Shown piece after piece: positions 43,346-58,300 of a stretch of 64,000 nucleotides of DNA. The stretch's first letter is position 1, and each line of letters starts with the position of its first letter. The DNA comes from Lama guanicoe (taxonomy: Eukaryota), in contig MU053810.1 in the NCBI GenBank assembly GCA_013239625.1, forward strand, positions 6,420,122 to 6,484,121. Direction: 5' to 3'. The translations under genes and the position numbers were made by a program. The notes below the pieces were generated by a model. That model did not search any database. It was not told the DNA's origin and saw only the letters and a program-made list of their open reading frames with translations.

Positions 43346-45039
43346 TTTTAAAGTTACTAAATGTTCATCTACTGTGGGACCAAGGAAACTTATTTATTTT
43401 TTATTCTCATTATAAACAATTGAAATGCTCAATGGAAAAAAAAAATACATATATATGTGTATACACCTATATGTGTTTCGAGATTACTTTACACTTTTAA
43501 CATTTTTCTTTTGCCTTCATTTTATAGAATTAATTTCCATTCTTGTTACTTTATTACATATTTAATTTCTGTAAGACTTGGGAAAGGAAAAGTCGGAATC
43601 CTTCCAATAAGATTCCTGTCCTCTTGTGAAAAGTACAGCTTGTTAACCAGACTCTATTTTTCGTTTACTCTGTATGCTGGAGAGACATAGTTTCAGACTG
43701 CAAATATTTTCTTTCTGTGTTATCAAAGGTCACCAATACCCTAGGGGGTGGTTATCATAGCTTCACTTGCATTTCAGTTCTACACCCTGAAAAAAGAAAC
43801 GACTATTGTGGCTCCATGTTAAAGTCTTAGCCTTACTATTCAGTTGTATTATTATAATGCAACAGCTTTAGTTGCTTTTACTTTGGTTAAATATTCTCTT
43901 GTAAATATCAAGCTCTATTTTCTAAGGTGATTCAGGAGCCTCTGGGGTGGTAAAGAAATCCTTTGTTAAACAAAAATCCAATCAATGGTTTTGTTTTAGT
44001 TTCCTTATCCATCTTTAAATTCCACTAACAAAGTCACAACTGGTAGTATCAGTGGACCAGAGGTTCTCACTGGTGTGCTCTGAAGACTAGTTTTATCTAT
44101 CTACAGTTGGACCCCTTTGGTCAAGTGTGCAGTTTTGAAACGATGGTGGGGACCGACGCACACATCAGCCTGGCCGGCCGGATCAGCAGATCAGCTCTTG
44201 CGATGAGGGGAGTGAGAGACGTCATTGTCACCCAGCTCCACTACACTTCTGATTGCCCTTTTCATTTACAGAGCCCTTCCTCTTTTCACACAATTATCTG
44301 GAGGCTGAAGAAAAATGTTCCCGCTGAGAAATCTTGTCTGTTTCTGCTGTGAATGTGACTTCTCTGTGCTCTTATTTTAGAGTGACCTGGTTTGAGATGT
44401 TGAAATGAAACTGACAACTGTGTTTGCAAGAATATTTGATGGTTATCCTCCTTCTGCCAAGAGTTCCTAACAGCTTTCCTCTCCTCACCCTTCAATTAGA
44501 GCCAAGGAAGAGAGCAGAGAAGAGACAGTTTCTGTGAGCAGACTCTTGCTGGAGAAGCACGTTCCCTCAAAGTGCAGTTACCAGCGCCACTTGAAGGATC
44601 TGTAGGACAAACATCAGTGCAGAAAAACGATCTCATTAAGAACAAACACAGCTGAGGAGTTTCACATAGTCTGACTTTTCAAGGAATAACAGCACGAAGG
44701 ATCATGGAGCAAGTGTGATTATCTTTACTACATTAATTTTTTATAAGCATAAAAATAATATACTTTCTTTTCTTAAAAAACCTGAAAAATACCAAGAGGT
44801 ATAAGAAAAAAAAATCACCCATAACTGCATCACTAAGAGATAACCACTGTTGACATTTTGGTATTTCCTTCTATTCTTTTATACATGCACAGCATTTTTA
44901 AACAAGTCGACAGGATTTCATCTTTGTGTCAGCTTATCTCAGCCTCCTCTCTAGTGACGAGGGGTAGATTTCCCCACCCGGGGCAAAGGCTACCTGTACA
45001 CTCGCTTTCTCCAGGACTCACTGCTGTGATGCCCCACCT

Positions 45040-45710
45040 CTGATCGGCGGCACCAGCTTCTCCCTCTGTCAGCGTACAAACGCGCTCTAGCATCTCCCAT
45101 CTTTAACAAGCTCCCTGTAGAACCTCCATGCCTTCCAGCTACTGCCCCATTTCTTCTCCTTTTACAGCTGAGCTTCTTGAAAGAGTAGTTTTTACTCCTT
45201 ATCTCTTCCTCCTCACTTCTCCTCTCTCCTTAACTTCTCCCAGCTGGGGCTTCCCTCCATCCCACCCTGCTAAGGGTGACTCTTGCCAAGGTCATTGAAG
45301 AACTTGGTGTGTCCAAATTTAACATCGCTTCATTTTTTTTTTTCAAATTTTCAGCACTATTTGGCAGAGATGATTATTCTCTCCTTGAAACACTTGGTTT
45401 ATGTGGTTCAACACAGACCACATTCCCCTGCTCTCCCTCCCTAGAGGACCACAGTCCTGCAATCACCTGTGCTGGCTCCTCTCCCTCTGCTAAATTCCTA
45501 AACCCTCATAGTCAGTGACCCAGCCAGTGTCACGGCATTAACACCTGTCACGGCAAGTGACTCAATGACTGACTATCTCCAACATGGGCTTCTTCCCTGA
45601 AGTCCAGGCTCCTATGGCCAACTGTCTACTCGATAACTGTGCTTTCATGTTTAATTGACATATCAAATTTAACATGACCCAAACAGAATTCATTACCACT
45701 CTCCACCATA
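45040..45710 (+). mobile_element. L2 fragment
   Basis: Contains CTCTTGCCAAGGTCA, CTCCTTGAAACAC and CAAATTTAACATGACCCAAACAGAA. Boundaries are approximate. Confidence 0.6.
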
Positions 45711-45794
45711 TTTAAATAAGTACAGGGGAATTACATTTTCATCTATGGACAGGGAACAACACCCATATTTTAGGCTGGGATGCCCAGATAATTT

Positions 45795-45808
45795 TTATAT
45801 ATATATAC

Positions 45809-45864
<56 letters not shown>

Positions 45865-45870
45865 TATTAT
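45795..45870. repeat. (TA)n/(CA)n compound microsatellite
   Basis: A directly visible long TA run followed by a CA run. Confidence 0.95.
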
Positions 45871-48299
45871 ACACATGTATTTTATACATTTTATATATAT
45901 TTGTATTTTGTATATTTACATATTAAATATTGACTTATATATTATATATGTATTTAATAGACATATATATTTTTTGAGGGGATCTTGTGGTATAGTTAAA
46001 TCTATATAAGAATCAACCATGAAATCATAGGATTCTATTTCAATTTCTATTCCCAAGACTGGAATTGCCATAGTTAGCTTTTTATTTATTTCCTTTTCTT
46101 TCCTTCTTTTTGATAAAACACTGGGGATTGTGACATCAGATTTTTCATTTAAAAAAAAAACCCAGCTGTATTTATATAAATGTATAAAACTCTAACTTCA
46201 AAGTGAATCATAATTTTCCCAAACTAAAAATTCTGTTAAATACAGCACTTTTTTTTTTTTTTGCAGAGATTACAAAACTAAATGGGGAAGCAAACAAGAT
46301 TAGGGTAGCTGAACAGAGATAAAGCTTTCCGTGCCTAGAAGTAAAGAATGGGGGCATGTCATTTTGAATTCTACTCAAAGGCTGAAATATTCCGCTCTAA
46401 ACTTGATACTATCTTAAAAAATATTTCTCTCCTCTTCCTCAGCAAAAAGATGGTTAAAACATTTAGCTATCTTAAGCAAAATTTTTCTAGGAAGTTACTC
46501 TCAATATACATATTACTAAGGCCTTTGACATGATGATAAAAATGGATTTAGAGTACTAAAAATGTGAAAGCACTTGGGGAAAAATTGTTTATCTGCCCTC
46601 CATTCAATCTGTGCATCTCAATTTGCTGCCAAAACATTAGTATCATCATCTATAGTCAGTGTCCTGTCTCTTGTGAGGCACTGCAGAACTCAACAGTAAA
46701 TGTAATTCTATGCAAATAAATGTGTCTTTTCTTTATAGCAATAATACCAAATGGGAATCTATCTTGGGTTGTAAAACAAATGTATTCAGAATTTTTCCCA
46801 GGCTCCTAATCCATCATCCACATGGTACAACTCTAGGGGCCACCATCAATGTTCTGTCTCCATGCTCCAAGGTGAGAGCACTCACCTAGAATATGAAATG
46901 AATAGTGTCTCATGGAGTTGTACAATGTGGGCTATCCAACACACAGTGTTCAGAATGCCAGGAATCCAAATTTTCTTGCTCATCGCCTTCACATGCTAAT
47001 GTAGGACTCTTGTGACCTCAGAAAATCCCCATAAGTAGGTCTCACCAGTGCTCCTGGACAGATCTGCTTCAGCCGGACACCACTGTGAGTTTTTGCTCAG
47101 CCGCGTATTGGTGACTGACACCTCGTTGGTCACTTTTGGGAACCCATGTTGCTCCCTCAGCACGTGGAGCCCTTGCTGGCCAGGCTGGCCATTGCTTACC
47201 ATTCCTCAGCAGGACTGGGCCCAAAACTGTCACAGCATTACTTCTGCTATCATCTACTAACCAAAGTCACAGAAAATGCCAGATTCAAGGGCAGGCAACA
47301 CAGACTCCAGCTCTCACACAAGACTTGTCAAAAAACTGTGATGTCTCCAATCCATCACACCCTGTCCTATTTTGCTGAGAAAGTGGGTGAGAATTACTTC
47401 ATGTTAAAGGTCACAGAGTCATGTGATTGTTTCCTTCCCTTAAGACTCATTATAAACAACAAAAAAGAATAGAAAGTAGAGAAACGTCTCCTTCTTTTAT
47501 GAGAAACAGACATGGCCACAGTCCCAAACCACAATCTATAAAGCATAACTGTCAAATACAAAAATGAGAGAGGAAGCTGAGAACCAACACATAATTCTTT
47601 AGACCTCAATCAGTAACTACAGAGACTTAAAAAAAAGAAGAAAGTGCCCAGCCTCTATGTGATGAGCCAGTGCTTGGAGGGGTCAGTTCCGGGGGCATGG
47701 GTGGGCCATGCGGGAAGTGGGAAAGGGTCACCTGATGAGACCCAGGTCGACATGCAAAAGAGCAAGGCGCTGAGCCCTGGAGAAGACGATGGGCCAGTTA
47801 CCTACTCTTCCAGCCAAGGGGTGGCCACTGGCCAAAGGGTGGCAGGACGAAAAGAAGAGAGACAGTAGCAGCTGCCACACTGGGATAGAGAGAGACTCTC
47901 ATTGCGGGGTTTTGCCTGGAGCCACAGAGAACACGACAGGAATGGTGCTACCCGGGCTTGTACCACCTAGTGGCCGGGTACACGGACCTCTTCAAGGTTC
48001 AGAACTGAGGGGAGATGTGCCAAGGGAAAGAAAATACAGATTTGGTGAGAGGCTGTTCAAGAGAATCAACCTAATTCCAATGAAAGTCCTCCTAAATCAT
48101 TCTTCCATCATTCTCACTTTTTTTTTGCTAGAACACAGCTGTTCCCAGTGTCACTTGAGAAGAGATTCATCACTACACACTTATAATTTTAAAAAAGGAA
48201 GAAGGAGAGTTAAGGATTATAGACAAAAGGCAGATGAAGAGCACACACCACATGAAGGAATCATGGGAAAAGTTCAGACAAAAAGTTCCCCATCCCTCA

Positions 48300-48830
48300 C
48301 AGACATTTCTCACACGAGGTCTCATGAAAAGAGAAAGGTCTTCAAGAGAAGGTACAAACGTCAATGAAGAGATAAGAAGGCAACAGAAATGGATAAAAAT
48401 TGAGGCAGGTGAATCCAGAAAAGAAGAGGAAGATAATTATGAGAGAAAGGCAGCAGAATATGCAGCGCATCCATGACGGAGCCCACAGATGTGGTGAGTG
48501 TGTGGTTGCAGCACACAGAACACAAACAAAGACCTGGTTGGCTCTCAGGAGCCAGCGGGAGGTGGCTCCAGCGCGCTGCAGGGTACAGGCAAGATTGAGA
48601 CAGGAGGGCTGACATGAAGACACAGCAGGGAGAAACTGCTGAAAACCTTAGGGACACCCTGCAGGAAAAGCCACTCATGAACAAAAGGAGGGATCTCACT
48701 GCCTTGGTTCTTCCAACAGCAACACATGCTGCCAAAGAGACAGTGGGACAATGTATGTGACATTTCAAGGGAAAATAATGTCAACCTTAGTACACTTTAT
48801 CTAACTAAACCGAGCTTTAGACTCAAGCAG
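48300..48830 (+). mobile_element. Very old L1/HAL1 ORF1 relic
   Basis: CAACAGCAACACATGCTGCCAAAGAGACAGTGG...GGGAAAATAATGTCAACCTTAG resembles the ORF1 C-terminal region. Extent is uncertain. Confidence 0.45.
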
Positions 48831-50889
48831 GCAAGAATTTAGGGTTTGAGGCTTTCTGGAAATAACCATGAGATGAGGCAATGTAGCTACCCAAGAGAAT
48901 AAGTGAAGAGCTCAGGAGAGAGTACAGTAAAAAAAAAAACCAAAAGACTTGTGGTGAGTACCGAATCAACTTAAATACAGAAAAAAGATGATGATTCAAG
49001 AAAGACTACAAATGTTAACCCTCAGCATTGCAAAAGGATAGTGTGACGATACAGGAGGTGGAGATGGAGAGGTGGGGAAGTGGAACCACTAGTTTCATCC
49101 TTCAGAGTGAGAAGGTAGTAGATACTGCCTAGAATTGAATCAAAATGAATCTAATCTTTTAAACTTTAGCAAAAGACCCAAACTCCTGAGGTGAAGCAAG
49201 ATAAACATTTATCTGAACTCCAACAATATCTCCATTTTCACTTTAGTTTCTTTCTCTTTTGTTGAATTTGAGGAAAATGCTCACTTAAAATAACATTTAT
49301 ATAGTTTTGGAAAAATATAACCATTAAATGAAAATTGGAGTAATGGGTATGTGGGGTCCATCTGAATTGCTTTTTTTACAAATGTATGTAAATTTAGAAT
49401 TACATCAATAAACATAGTAGGTATAAGATAATTCTATATTTGTAAGGATTTTTCTCTCTCTTTTATACACACACACACACACACTGAAAAATTAATCTGG
49501 AATTGTGTTCATCAAACGTTTATGCTGTTTTCTTTTCCTTAGTGCTGTGTTTTTGGATGAATTTCTAAAGCTTCTTTATATGTTTATGCATTGATTGGAT
49601 TTTTTAATTATCGGTAAGGGTCACTTTTACAAAAAATGAAGGTCACAGTTTACAAATGAGCTAATATTCATTATTCCTTCAAAAGAATTCAGAAACAGAG
49701 GAAACCAAAGCATGTTTTAAAGCTCAATCCACTGCTATCTGAGAAACGTGACTCAAAGCAGGCAAAGTGGACTAAAGCAGGCAAAGACAAAACTGCAGTG
49801 GGAGCACACGCATAATGCTGTTAGCTCCGCTGCTAAAACCAGAGTGATAGTGACAGTTTGAGGCCCTTAAGAAGGCGCTTCGAAAATAAAATATAATATT
49901 CTCTTGCAACAGTCAGCACTGCCTTCTAAGTTGTAGAACCATATGTGCTGGTTAAAAAAGATCTGGGATAATGGCACGACCAAATCCATTTAACCTGTAA
50001 CATCCACTAGTAAAACACCTCTGAAACATAAAATTTACCCTCCCACCACTCTCGGCTATCGGTTGGGTTATTTTGCTGATTGAATAACTAAATTTCAAGA
50101 AACTGCACAGAGATGAAACTGAGAGTCCGGCCAGGTCTAGTTCTGCACTAGCTCACTGCACCTAAAAGAAGGGCCGTGGTCCACATCATGCAACTTCACA
50201 GAGACAGTTTTAGGAGCAAACAAGATGTTACCGTAATTTTATCATTTTTTTCTAAGTCCTCTTTGCTTCTACCACTGACCCAGCAGGAGAACTATTGGAA
50301 AAAAAAAAGTTTCTCTAGAAAAAAAATGTTTAAAACCCTTCTCTCAAGAAAAAGCTTTTACGTTACTTGCTTATCCAATTTTTTTCGTAGTTAAGTAATA
50401 GTTGATTGTACTATTACTTGTGTCTATTGACTATATAAAGACAGATGAGGACTCCCTATTCTAAATCTTAAAACAAACTCTTCAATTCAAGATAATATAT
50501 ATTTACTGAGCACTTACTACATGCAAAGTTCTGGACTCAGCATTATGACATACAAAGATGATTATGATTCACAAATACAGACATATATAACAATCCACAA
50601 AGTGCTTCATGCTTTTTAGGTGTTATTTCATTTATTCTCACAACTCTACGGGGTAGGTATCATTAGTGCCCCTTGTCATAAACAAAGTTCAACGGGGTCT
50701 CAAAGAGGTTCCATAACTTGCCCAAAGTCAAGCTAGGACATGGCAGGATATGTACCTGGAAGGATGAGGACTTGATTCAAGGTCTTTCTGATTTTTAAGT
50801 ACAAATAAAGTACTGTGTGACCATAGAAGAAAGAAAATGTAAACACATCCTTGAGACTTTTGGAGATTTCTTTTTAGAGTAAGAAAATA

Positions 50890-52990
50890 TTGTTTTTTAG
50901 TTTTAGTTTTTTAATTCAACTTATTTAAACTAAAAACAAAAACAGTTCATCCATTTCTCCCATCCTCTACCTGCCACTTCTGGCAACCATCAATTTATTC
51001 TCTGTATCCATAAGCTTACTTTTATTACATGTGTATATCTTACACATATATGTATGATTCCACATGTAACATTTGTCTTTCTCAGTCTGACTTATTTCAC
51101 TAAGCACAATACACTCCAGGTCCTTCCATGTTGTCACAAATGGTAAGATTTCATTCCTTTTTTATGGCTCAATATTCTTTATCCATTTATCCACCAGCTG
51201 ACACTTAGGTTGTTTCCATATCTTGGCTACTGTGAATAATGCTACAATGAACAAGGGGCTGCATACACATTTTTGAATTAGTGTTTTCATTTTCTTTGGA
51301 TAATCACCCAGAAGTGGAATTGCTGGTCATATGTTAGTTCTATTTTTAATTTTCTGAGGAACCTCCATACTGTTTCCACAGTGGCTACACCAATTGACAT
51401 TCCCACCAATGGTGCATAAGGGTTCCCTTTCCTCCACATCCTTGCCAACATTTGTAATTTTTACTGTTTTTAATAATTGCCATTCTAATGGATGTTTTAT
51501 CCTTTTTTCCAAGATTGCCTTGGCAATTTGGAGTCTTTTATGGTTCCATACAAAGTTTAGAATTTCTGTTCTATTTCTGGGAAAACTGCCATTGGAATTT
51601 TGATAGAGACTGTATTGAATCTATATGTAGCTTTGGGTAGTATGAATATTTTAACAATATTGATTCTTCCAATCTATGAATATGGAATGTCTTTCCATTT
51701 ATTTGTGTCTTCTTCGATTTCTTTCATTATTGTCTTGTAGCTTTCAATATACAGATCTTTCACTTCCTTGGTTAAATTTATTTTATTCTTTTTACTGCAA
51801 CTGTAAATGGGATTGCTTTCTTATTTTCTCTTTCTGATAACTCACTATTAGTGTATAGAAATGCAACATACTTTTGTTTATTGATTTTGTATCTTGCAAC
51901 TTTATTGAATTCGTTTATTAGTTCTAACAGTTTTTTTTTTGATGGAGTGTTTAGTGTTTTCTATATAATATCACGTCATTTGCAATTAGTGACAGTTTTA
52001 CATCTTCCTTTCCAATTTGGATGTCCTTTATTTCTTTTTCTTGCTTAACTGTTGTGGCTCAGACTTCCAATACTATGTTGAACACAGGTGGTGAGAGTGG
52101 GCATTCTTGCCTTATTCCTTATCTTAGAGGAAAAGTTTTCAGCTTTTCACCATTTAGTATGATGTTAGCTGTGGGCTTGTCATATGTGGCCTTTGTTATA
52201 GTAAGTTATGTTCCCTCTATACCCTCTTTGTTGAGAGTTTTTATCATAGATGGATGTTGAATTTTGTTAAATTCTTTACTGCATCTATTGAGATGATCAC
52301 ATGATTTTACCCCTCATTTTGTTAATGTGGTGTATCAAATCAATTCACTGGCAGATACTGAATGATCCCTGCATCTTTTGAATAATTCCCATATGATCAC
52401 AGTATATGATCCAGTAATGTTGAAATTGGTTTGCTAATATTTTGTTGAGGATTTCTTCATCTATGTTCTTCAGGAATATTGGCCTGAAACTTTCTTTTCT
52501 TGTGACACCCTTTTCTGGTTTTGGTATCAGGGTAATTCTGGTCTCATAAAATGAGTTTTGGAAGAGTTCACTCCTCTTCTATTTTTTGGAAGAGTTTGAG
52601 AAGGATTGGTATTAATCCTTCTTTGCATGTTTGGCAGAATTCACCAGTGAAGGCATCTGTTCCTGGATTTTGTTTGTTGAAGGTTTTGATTACCAATTCA
52701 ATCTCCTTACTAGTTATCGCTCTGCTCAGATTTTCTTTTCATCTTGATTCAGTCTTGGTAGGTTGTATGTTTCTAGGAATTTACCCATTTCTTTTAGGTT
52801 GTCCAATTTGTTGGCATATAATTATTCATAGTAGTCTCTTATAATCATCTGTATTCCTTTGGTATCAGTTGTATTATCTCCTCTTTTATTTCTGATTCTT
52901 ATTTATTTGAGTACTCTCTATTTCTTGCTGAGTCTAGCTAAAACTTTGTCATTTTTTTTTAATCTTTTCAAAGAACCAGCTCTTCAGTAT
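50890..52990 (-). mobile_element. L1MA-type element with an internal deletion
   Basis: T-rich tail, 3' UTR and ORF2 C-terminus run to ~51490. The sequence then jumps to more 5' ORF2 (RT region; GGTGAGAGTGGGCATTCTTG, GGTTTTGGTATCAGGGTAAT). Confidence 0.85.
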
Positions 52991-53573
52991 CATGAAGACT
53001 GACCTTGAAGTATATTTTCAAGGAGTGAATAAAGAGGGAAGATTTCAAGGAGAGAACACTACATGAGCCAAAATAGAGAGGAATTAAAAGCATTATACGT
53101 TCAGCAACCAAGTGGCTTGGCGGCCAGAATATGGGTATATGGGAAGAGATGGACAAATTGGTCATCACAGGCCCACTTATTCTCATCAGTGATGCATGCC
53201 ACTGAGAACTTGCCATTTTTGACCTAAATAAAATTAAGGTTTGAGTGATAGATACCACAGAGTAGACAAAATAACATGCTAAACAACATCTCAGAGTGCA
53301 GTATAACTTCAAGTAGTAATTACCAGAAAAAAAGGATACTAATGGCTTTTCTGAAATTAATGCAGTTTTGTTGGCCCCTGCTGATAACTTGTAAAAACAA
53401 ATGAAAATCCTTAAACTCATCACAGAGATGAGGGACTCTTTCCAAAAGAAATAAAAAGATCACTATGTTGATGATCATCAACTCATGTCAAGTAGTCATT
53501 AAAATGCAGTTCCTGGATGATTATATCCCAAACATTTCATACTTAGATTGTCATTTAAACATAATTGTTTTCA

Positions 53574-53725
53574 GGGAAATATATACAAGATCTTGTGGTA
53601 GCTCACAGCGAAAAAAAAAAAGTGACAATGAATATATGTATGTTCATGTACAACTGAAAAATTGTGCTCTACACTGGAATTTGACACAACGTTGTAAAAT
53701 GACTATAACGCAAGAAAAAATGTTT

Positions 53726-53757
<32 letters not shown>

Positions 53758-53770
53758 GTCACAAAAAAAC
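53574..53770 (+). mobile_element. Young L1 extreme 3' end with (TAAA)n tail
   Basis: Reverse complement of the young L1 3' UTR seen elsewhere in the window. TSD AAACATAATTGTTTTCA (53557-53573) and AAACTTAGTTGTTTTCA (53771-53787). Confidence 0.88.
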
Positions 53771-55249
53771 AAACTTAGTTGTTTTCAAACTCTATCTTCT
53801 CAGTTAAATAAAAAAAAGGGTCTTTGGCAAAACATGAACAAAGATTTCTTGACCCCTTGAATATACTACTCAGGAATGCAAACTCTTAATTGTTGTATCT
53901 CAAAGAAATTGGTTAAAATTTAAATTAAGTGCCCAATATGGCTAAATCATACGAAGCAGCCCAAAAAAAGTCCAAAGAAAATTCTTCAAATAACAAGTTT
54001 TGTTCAAACTTATAATAGAGAGAAATATGGAAGCTAGTGAAAGAGCTGGTCTGAAAACAAATTTATTTAGCCCAGAGCCGGCTATTAACTGGTTATTGAA
54101 TCAGCAGGATTCACTTCTCTGATCTCTAATAAGGAACCAGGAGAAAAGCTCCCTTCTAGCAATGACTGTATGATTATTCTCTGGAGAGAAAAAAAGAAAG
54201 TGTCATGATACAGACAGGAACAGAACTCAAGTGGTAGAACAAATGGGTTCTGACCCCAGCTCTTCTCCATGACGTGACAGAACCCTGAACTCATCATTTT
54301 TCCCTCTGGGTCTCAATTTCCTCTAGTTACCTGAGTCAACACAGAAGGCAGGTTGGTATGAATGTGATGGTTCTTTAATCAGTTTTATTTTGTCTTGTCT
54401 TGTTTTGAAGCATCCATGTAATTTGCTCCTAGGCATTATTTCCAGCTTCTAAGTACATTTTAGAAACTGCCTCTCCCTGTTTATTTGAATTCCTTTATTT
54501 ATTGCTACTTAGGAGCAAATACTCATAATGGTCCTTTCCAGGAAGAGCTGATTCAATCCCCTATTCCTTATAAAATTCCTGGAGACCATGTTTAAAAGCT
54601 ATTTAGCTCTTATTTAGGACCTTTTCCAGAGTGGGGGTGGATTAGTGAAGAAAGGCATAAGGAAATATTTCAGGTGGGGAAGGAGAAGTGATCATTTCTT
54701 TTCTAAATTTCCTGGTCTCAGATGGGTCCTCTTACTATATTCCCAGAGTTTCATCTGACTCTGAATTATCTATCTTGCACAGACACTGCCACCAGCTCAT
54801 GCCCTGATAAGACATTTTCTCCTAGATTTCACATAGACAGTTCCTTCACACTCTTATTTTGACCAAAATAAGATTAGCATTTTCCAAAATAAAATATACT
54901 TAGAAGTACACATACACATGTGCACGTGCACACACACCACACACACACATCTCACATAACAGAAATAATATGTCAATAGATTCCTCATTTCAAAATATCC
55001 AAACAATAGCCACTAACTGCTTTGATAATTAAACATGATGGGGCTCAACCACTTTCAAAGAAAGAAGTAACAGTAGTTTAAAGTTACGAAGAAATCTTAG
55101 GAAAATACAAAATGCATTCAAAATGATTGCTGTGGTCTGTCTTGGTATATCTACAGTGTACCTTTTAGAACCAACAAAAGGATGGTGCACAGTAGGACAC
55201 AGGTGGCATAGGCGGACACCCTCGATGGGGCTTTCAAGAACACTGGTCC

Positions 55250-55384
55250 GGGGGGAGGGTATAGCTCAAGTGGTAGAGAGCATGCTTGACATGCGTGAGG
55301 TTCCAGGTTCAATCCCCAGTACCTCCTCCAAATAGAAGGAAATGAACAAACCCAATTACCACCCCCTCATAAAACAAACAAAAC
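55250..55384 (+). mobile_element. tRNA-derived SINE (camelid Vic-1 type)
   Basis: Reads GGGGGAGGGTATAGCTCAAGTGGTAGAG...GGTTCAATCCCCAGTACCTCC with an A-rich tail. TSD AAGAACACTGGTC and AAGGACACAGGTC. Confidence 0.88.
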
Positions 55385-58300
55385 AAGGACACAGGTCAGA
55401 ACTCTTAGTTGATTTTCAATGCTCTCTCTGGACTGGTTTCTGCGTGTCTCTCCAATCCTATTTCTGAGTTTTCACCCTTATAATATAACTTTGATTAATT
55501 GCTTGCCTTTCTGTGAGTCTGTCTCCTGGCTTTCCTGATTCTGCTCAGGCTGTTCCCTCCAGCAATAATGTTCGTGTAACAGTAACCCTAACTGTCACAT
55601 GATTAAGTCCTGCTTATCCCCCGCAGTGCTGATTCAAGGCTACTTCCTGGACAAGCCCCCTGTCTCTTCCACTCTCTGCTTCTTCTACACCTCGCACAGG
55701 ACATTATTTGTGTTCCTTTTATGGCATGGAAACGTCCAACTTTGTATAGTGGTTATTTATACGTTCGTTTTTATCCCTTTCACTAAAAAGGAAGATACTT
55801 TTTAGGATCTTGTCTTATTCAAAGTAAGGAGGAAAGGGAATTATCTGTGTGAAATCTAGGAGAAAATGTCTCATCAATGTCCCGCACTGGTGGTGTGTCT
55901 GTCCAAGACAGATAACTCAGGGCACAGAGCCTACAGCTGCTTCAGCTGTCAGGCCCTTGCATGGCAGTTCATCCAGAGCTTTACCCAATGGCCTCAATTA
56001 ATATGGCAACAACTGAATGTTGTCTCAACCCAAAATTTCTATGGTAGCAGGAAGTATATCACAATTGGTAATGGGTTGAGCAGGTGTGTAAGAAACGTAG
56101 CCTTGCTATGGACTGAAAACAGGAAGTAGGAGAAGATTGTGTCGAGATAATCCCTAGATTCTTGGTGGGCATAATAGGGCGAGTGGTGGTGACACCAATA
56201 AGAAAAGGAACAAAGAACTAATGTGATGTGGGACTGCAGAAGTTCAGTTTTGAACAGGTTGAGTTTAGAGTGTCTTTGAAATACTCAGTGGAGACAGGAA
56301 TCAAAAGGCGTTATTACGAGAGCAGCCAGGAGAGCATTTCGGAAGTCCTATGTATCAGGGAGCAAATATTCCAAAGGGTGAATAATTCTCGCCATGACAT
56401 AGTCACAGCCATTAGAGGAAAATTACCTTGCCCAGAAAACAGAAAGTAAAATGGGGTTATGCACTGCGTGGCACTGAAAGAACCTTTGTATTACTTCCTG
56501 TTGACATTCTGCTTCCTTCCTCCCTCCCTCCCTCCCTCCCTTCTTTTTTTTTGTATAAAATCAAAATCCCATTGTAGCAAATTTATATTACATAAAGTCC
56601 CATACCAAAATAAAGAATTGACAGCTTGAACCAGGCCCTTTTAGCACGGAATGGCTGGACAAGTTTCTAGTTGGTCTTTCATTTGTTAATCCTTTGAGCT
56701 GTGTCTCAAATATGCCTTACATCCCGGTTTGGGAACCATATGTGTTGAGACGAGTGGGATGATTAAAGTAGAACCATAAAAAAAGCCATTATTTTTGGCC
56801 CAAGAAATAATTATATTTGAGTTACTAAATTCTTATAAATGTTCCTTTTTGCTTCTATAGAATTACATGCAAAATATAATTTATACATATCAAAGACAAT
56901 CGCCACTAACATATTAAGGGTATCAAGTTATTTTGCTTTGTATATAAGAAATTTTAAAAGATAACATGTTTAGAGTATCATTGTCACAAAAAGAAGTTTT
57001 AATTGGGAATTTATTATTATTCAAGTAGTTATGGGGCTAGGTTTTTCCTTTATTTACAAGATATGCAAATCATTGCTTAAATAATATTTGTAGTTAAATG
57101 TTCAAGATAGATAAAAGAATTTTAGGACCCTGTTTGCATATTCCACATAATGGGTATTCATTGCTTCAGCAGCTAAAAATAGCCTTCCGGGACGGCTGTG
57201 AGGAAGGGCTCTGCCTCTCAGTCTAGAAACTGGAAGTGAGGGAGCACCCAGTATTTCTCACTTCATTTTTCACCTACAGCAGGGCCTGTGACCTATGCCT
57301 GGGGAAGCAATGGTCCTGGAATGAACTCAGAACATCAAGGGAGTGACACAAAGCTCAGATCAGTTTATAAATACTCTGAGGTGGCTGTGACTTTCAAGAA
57401 ACCAGTGTTGCTTTGCTGCAGGAAACGTTGCAGGGCTGAGGGTGGGTATCTGTGGTGGCCTCTTAGCAGGCAGTTCTTGAGGAAGGATGTCCGAGGCCCC
57501 TGCTTCCTTCGCTTCCTACTCTTTGCCTTCCTTTCAGATCTCTGAGCCATCCAGTATTTTTCACAAAATTACTTTCCTTCTCAAGTTGGCTTATGTTGTT
57601 TTTCAGTCAAGATGCTGAATAGTGCATTTCAATTACAAATGACTTTTATCTTTTCCCTTTAAATTGGATAACTGAATATTTTAAAATACTGGATTCAAGA
57701 GTAAAACTTTTCTTTTGAAATACGTTATAATTCATGTTTTTCACTGATTCAGCCTGCACATGAACATCCTAAAGTTTAACTCCTATGAAAAATGCAATCC
57801 CACAGCTGAGGACTTTGCCACAGACAAGGCTGCTGCATTCACATGCATCGCAAGTCTTCAGAACAGGTGAGTAACTATAAGAGCGACTTGTTTGTTAAAC
57901 TCAGGCCTTGACTTAAAATAGGAAGTTCTTGTTCCATTCTACACCACCTTCTACCGCCACCCCTCCCCATCATCAAGACATTTAAAGAACTCAGTTTGTA
58001 TTCAGTTTATAGGACAGTCCTCTTTAAAACTGAATTGTGAATAAAAAAAAATTATCTTGCCAAACACATACGTCAATCCAATTCCAAAGGTTAGTATCAC
58101 ATATAAACAAATGTTAGCTTTGAATCAGCTATGTTGATTTAGTACAGTCGGATTTTAGATCAGTTTTATCAATGCTGGAAACTGATACAAATCAAATAAT
58201 CTTGCAAGATCTTGAAGAGGGCTACTTTTGCCCAAGGTGGTGCCAGCATTCCAGTCTCTTTTCTTTCCCCAGAGTATGTCTCACACTTTGATGCTAGTAT

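Noticed and set aside
46880..47360. Possible MaLR (MLT1) LTR remnants here and near 57290-57610
   Set aside because: Similarity is too weak to fix the family or the boundaries by eye.
47789..48367. 192-aa plus-strand ORF
   Set aside because: No recognisable domain. It lies in purine-rich sequence next to a decayed L1/HAL1 ORF1 relic.
49750..49786. Short direct repeat GACT(C)AAAGCAGGCAAAG twice
   Set aside because: A simple ~20-bp tandem duplication with only two units. It is not an array and has no insert between the copies.
55250..55325. tRNA gene (also 38200-38274)
   Set aside because: Both have SINE bodies, A-rich tails and TSDs, and lack a well-paired cloverleaf.
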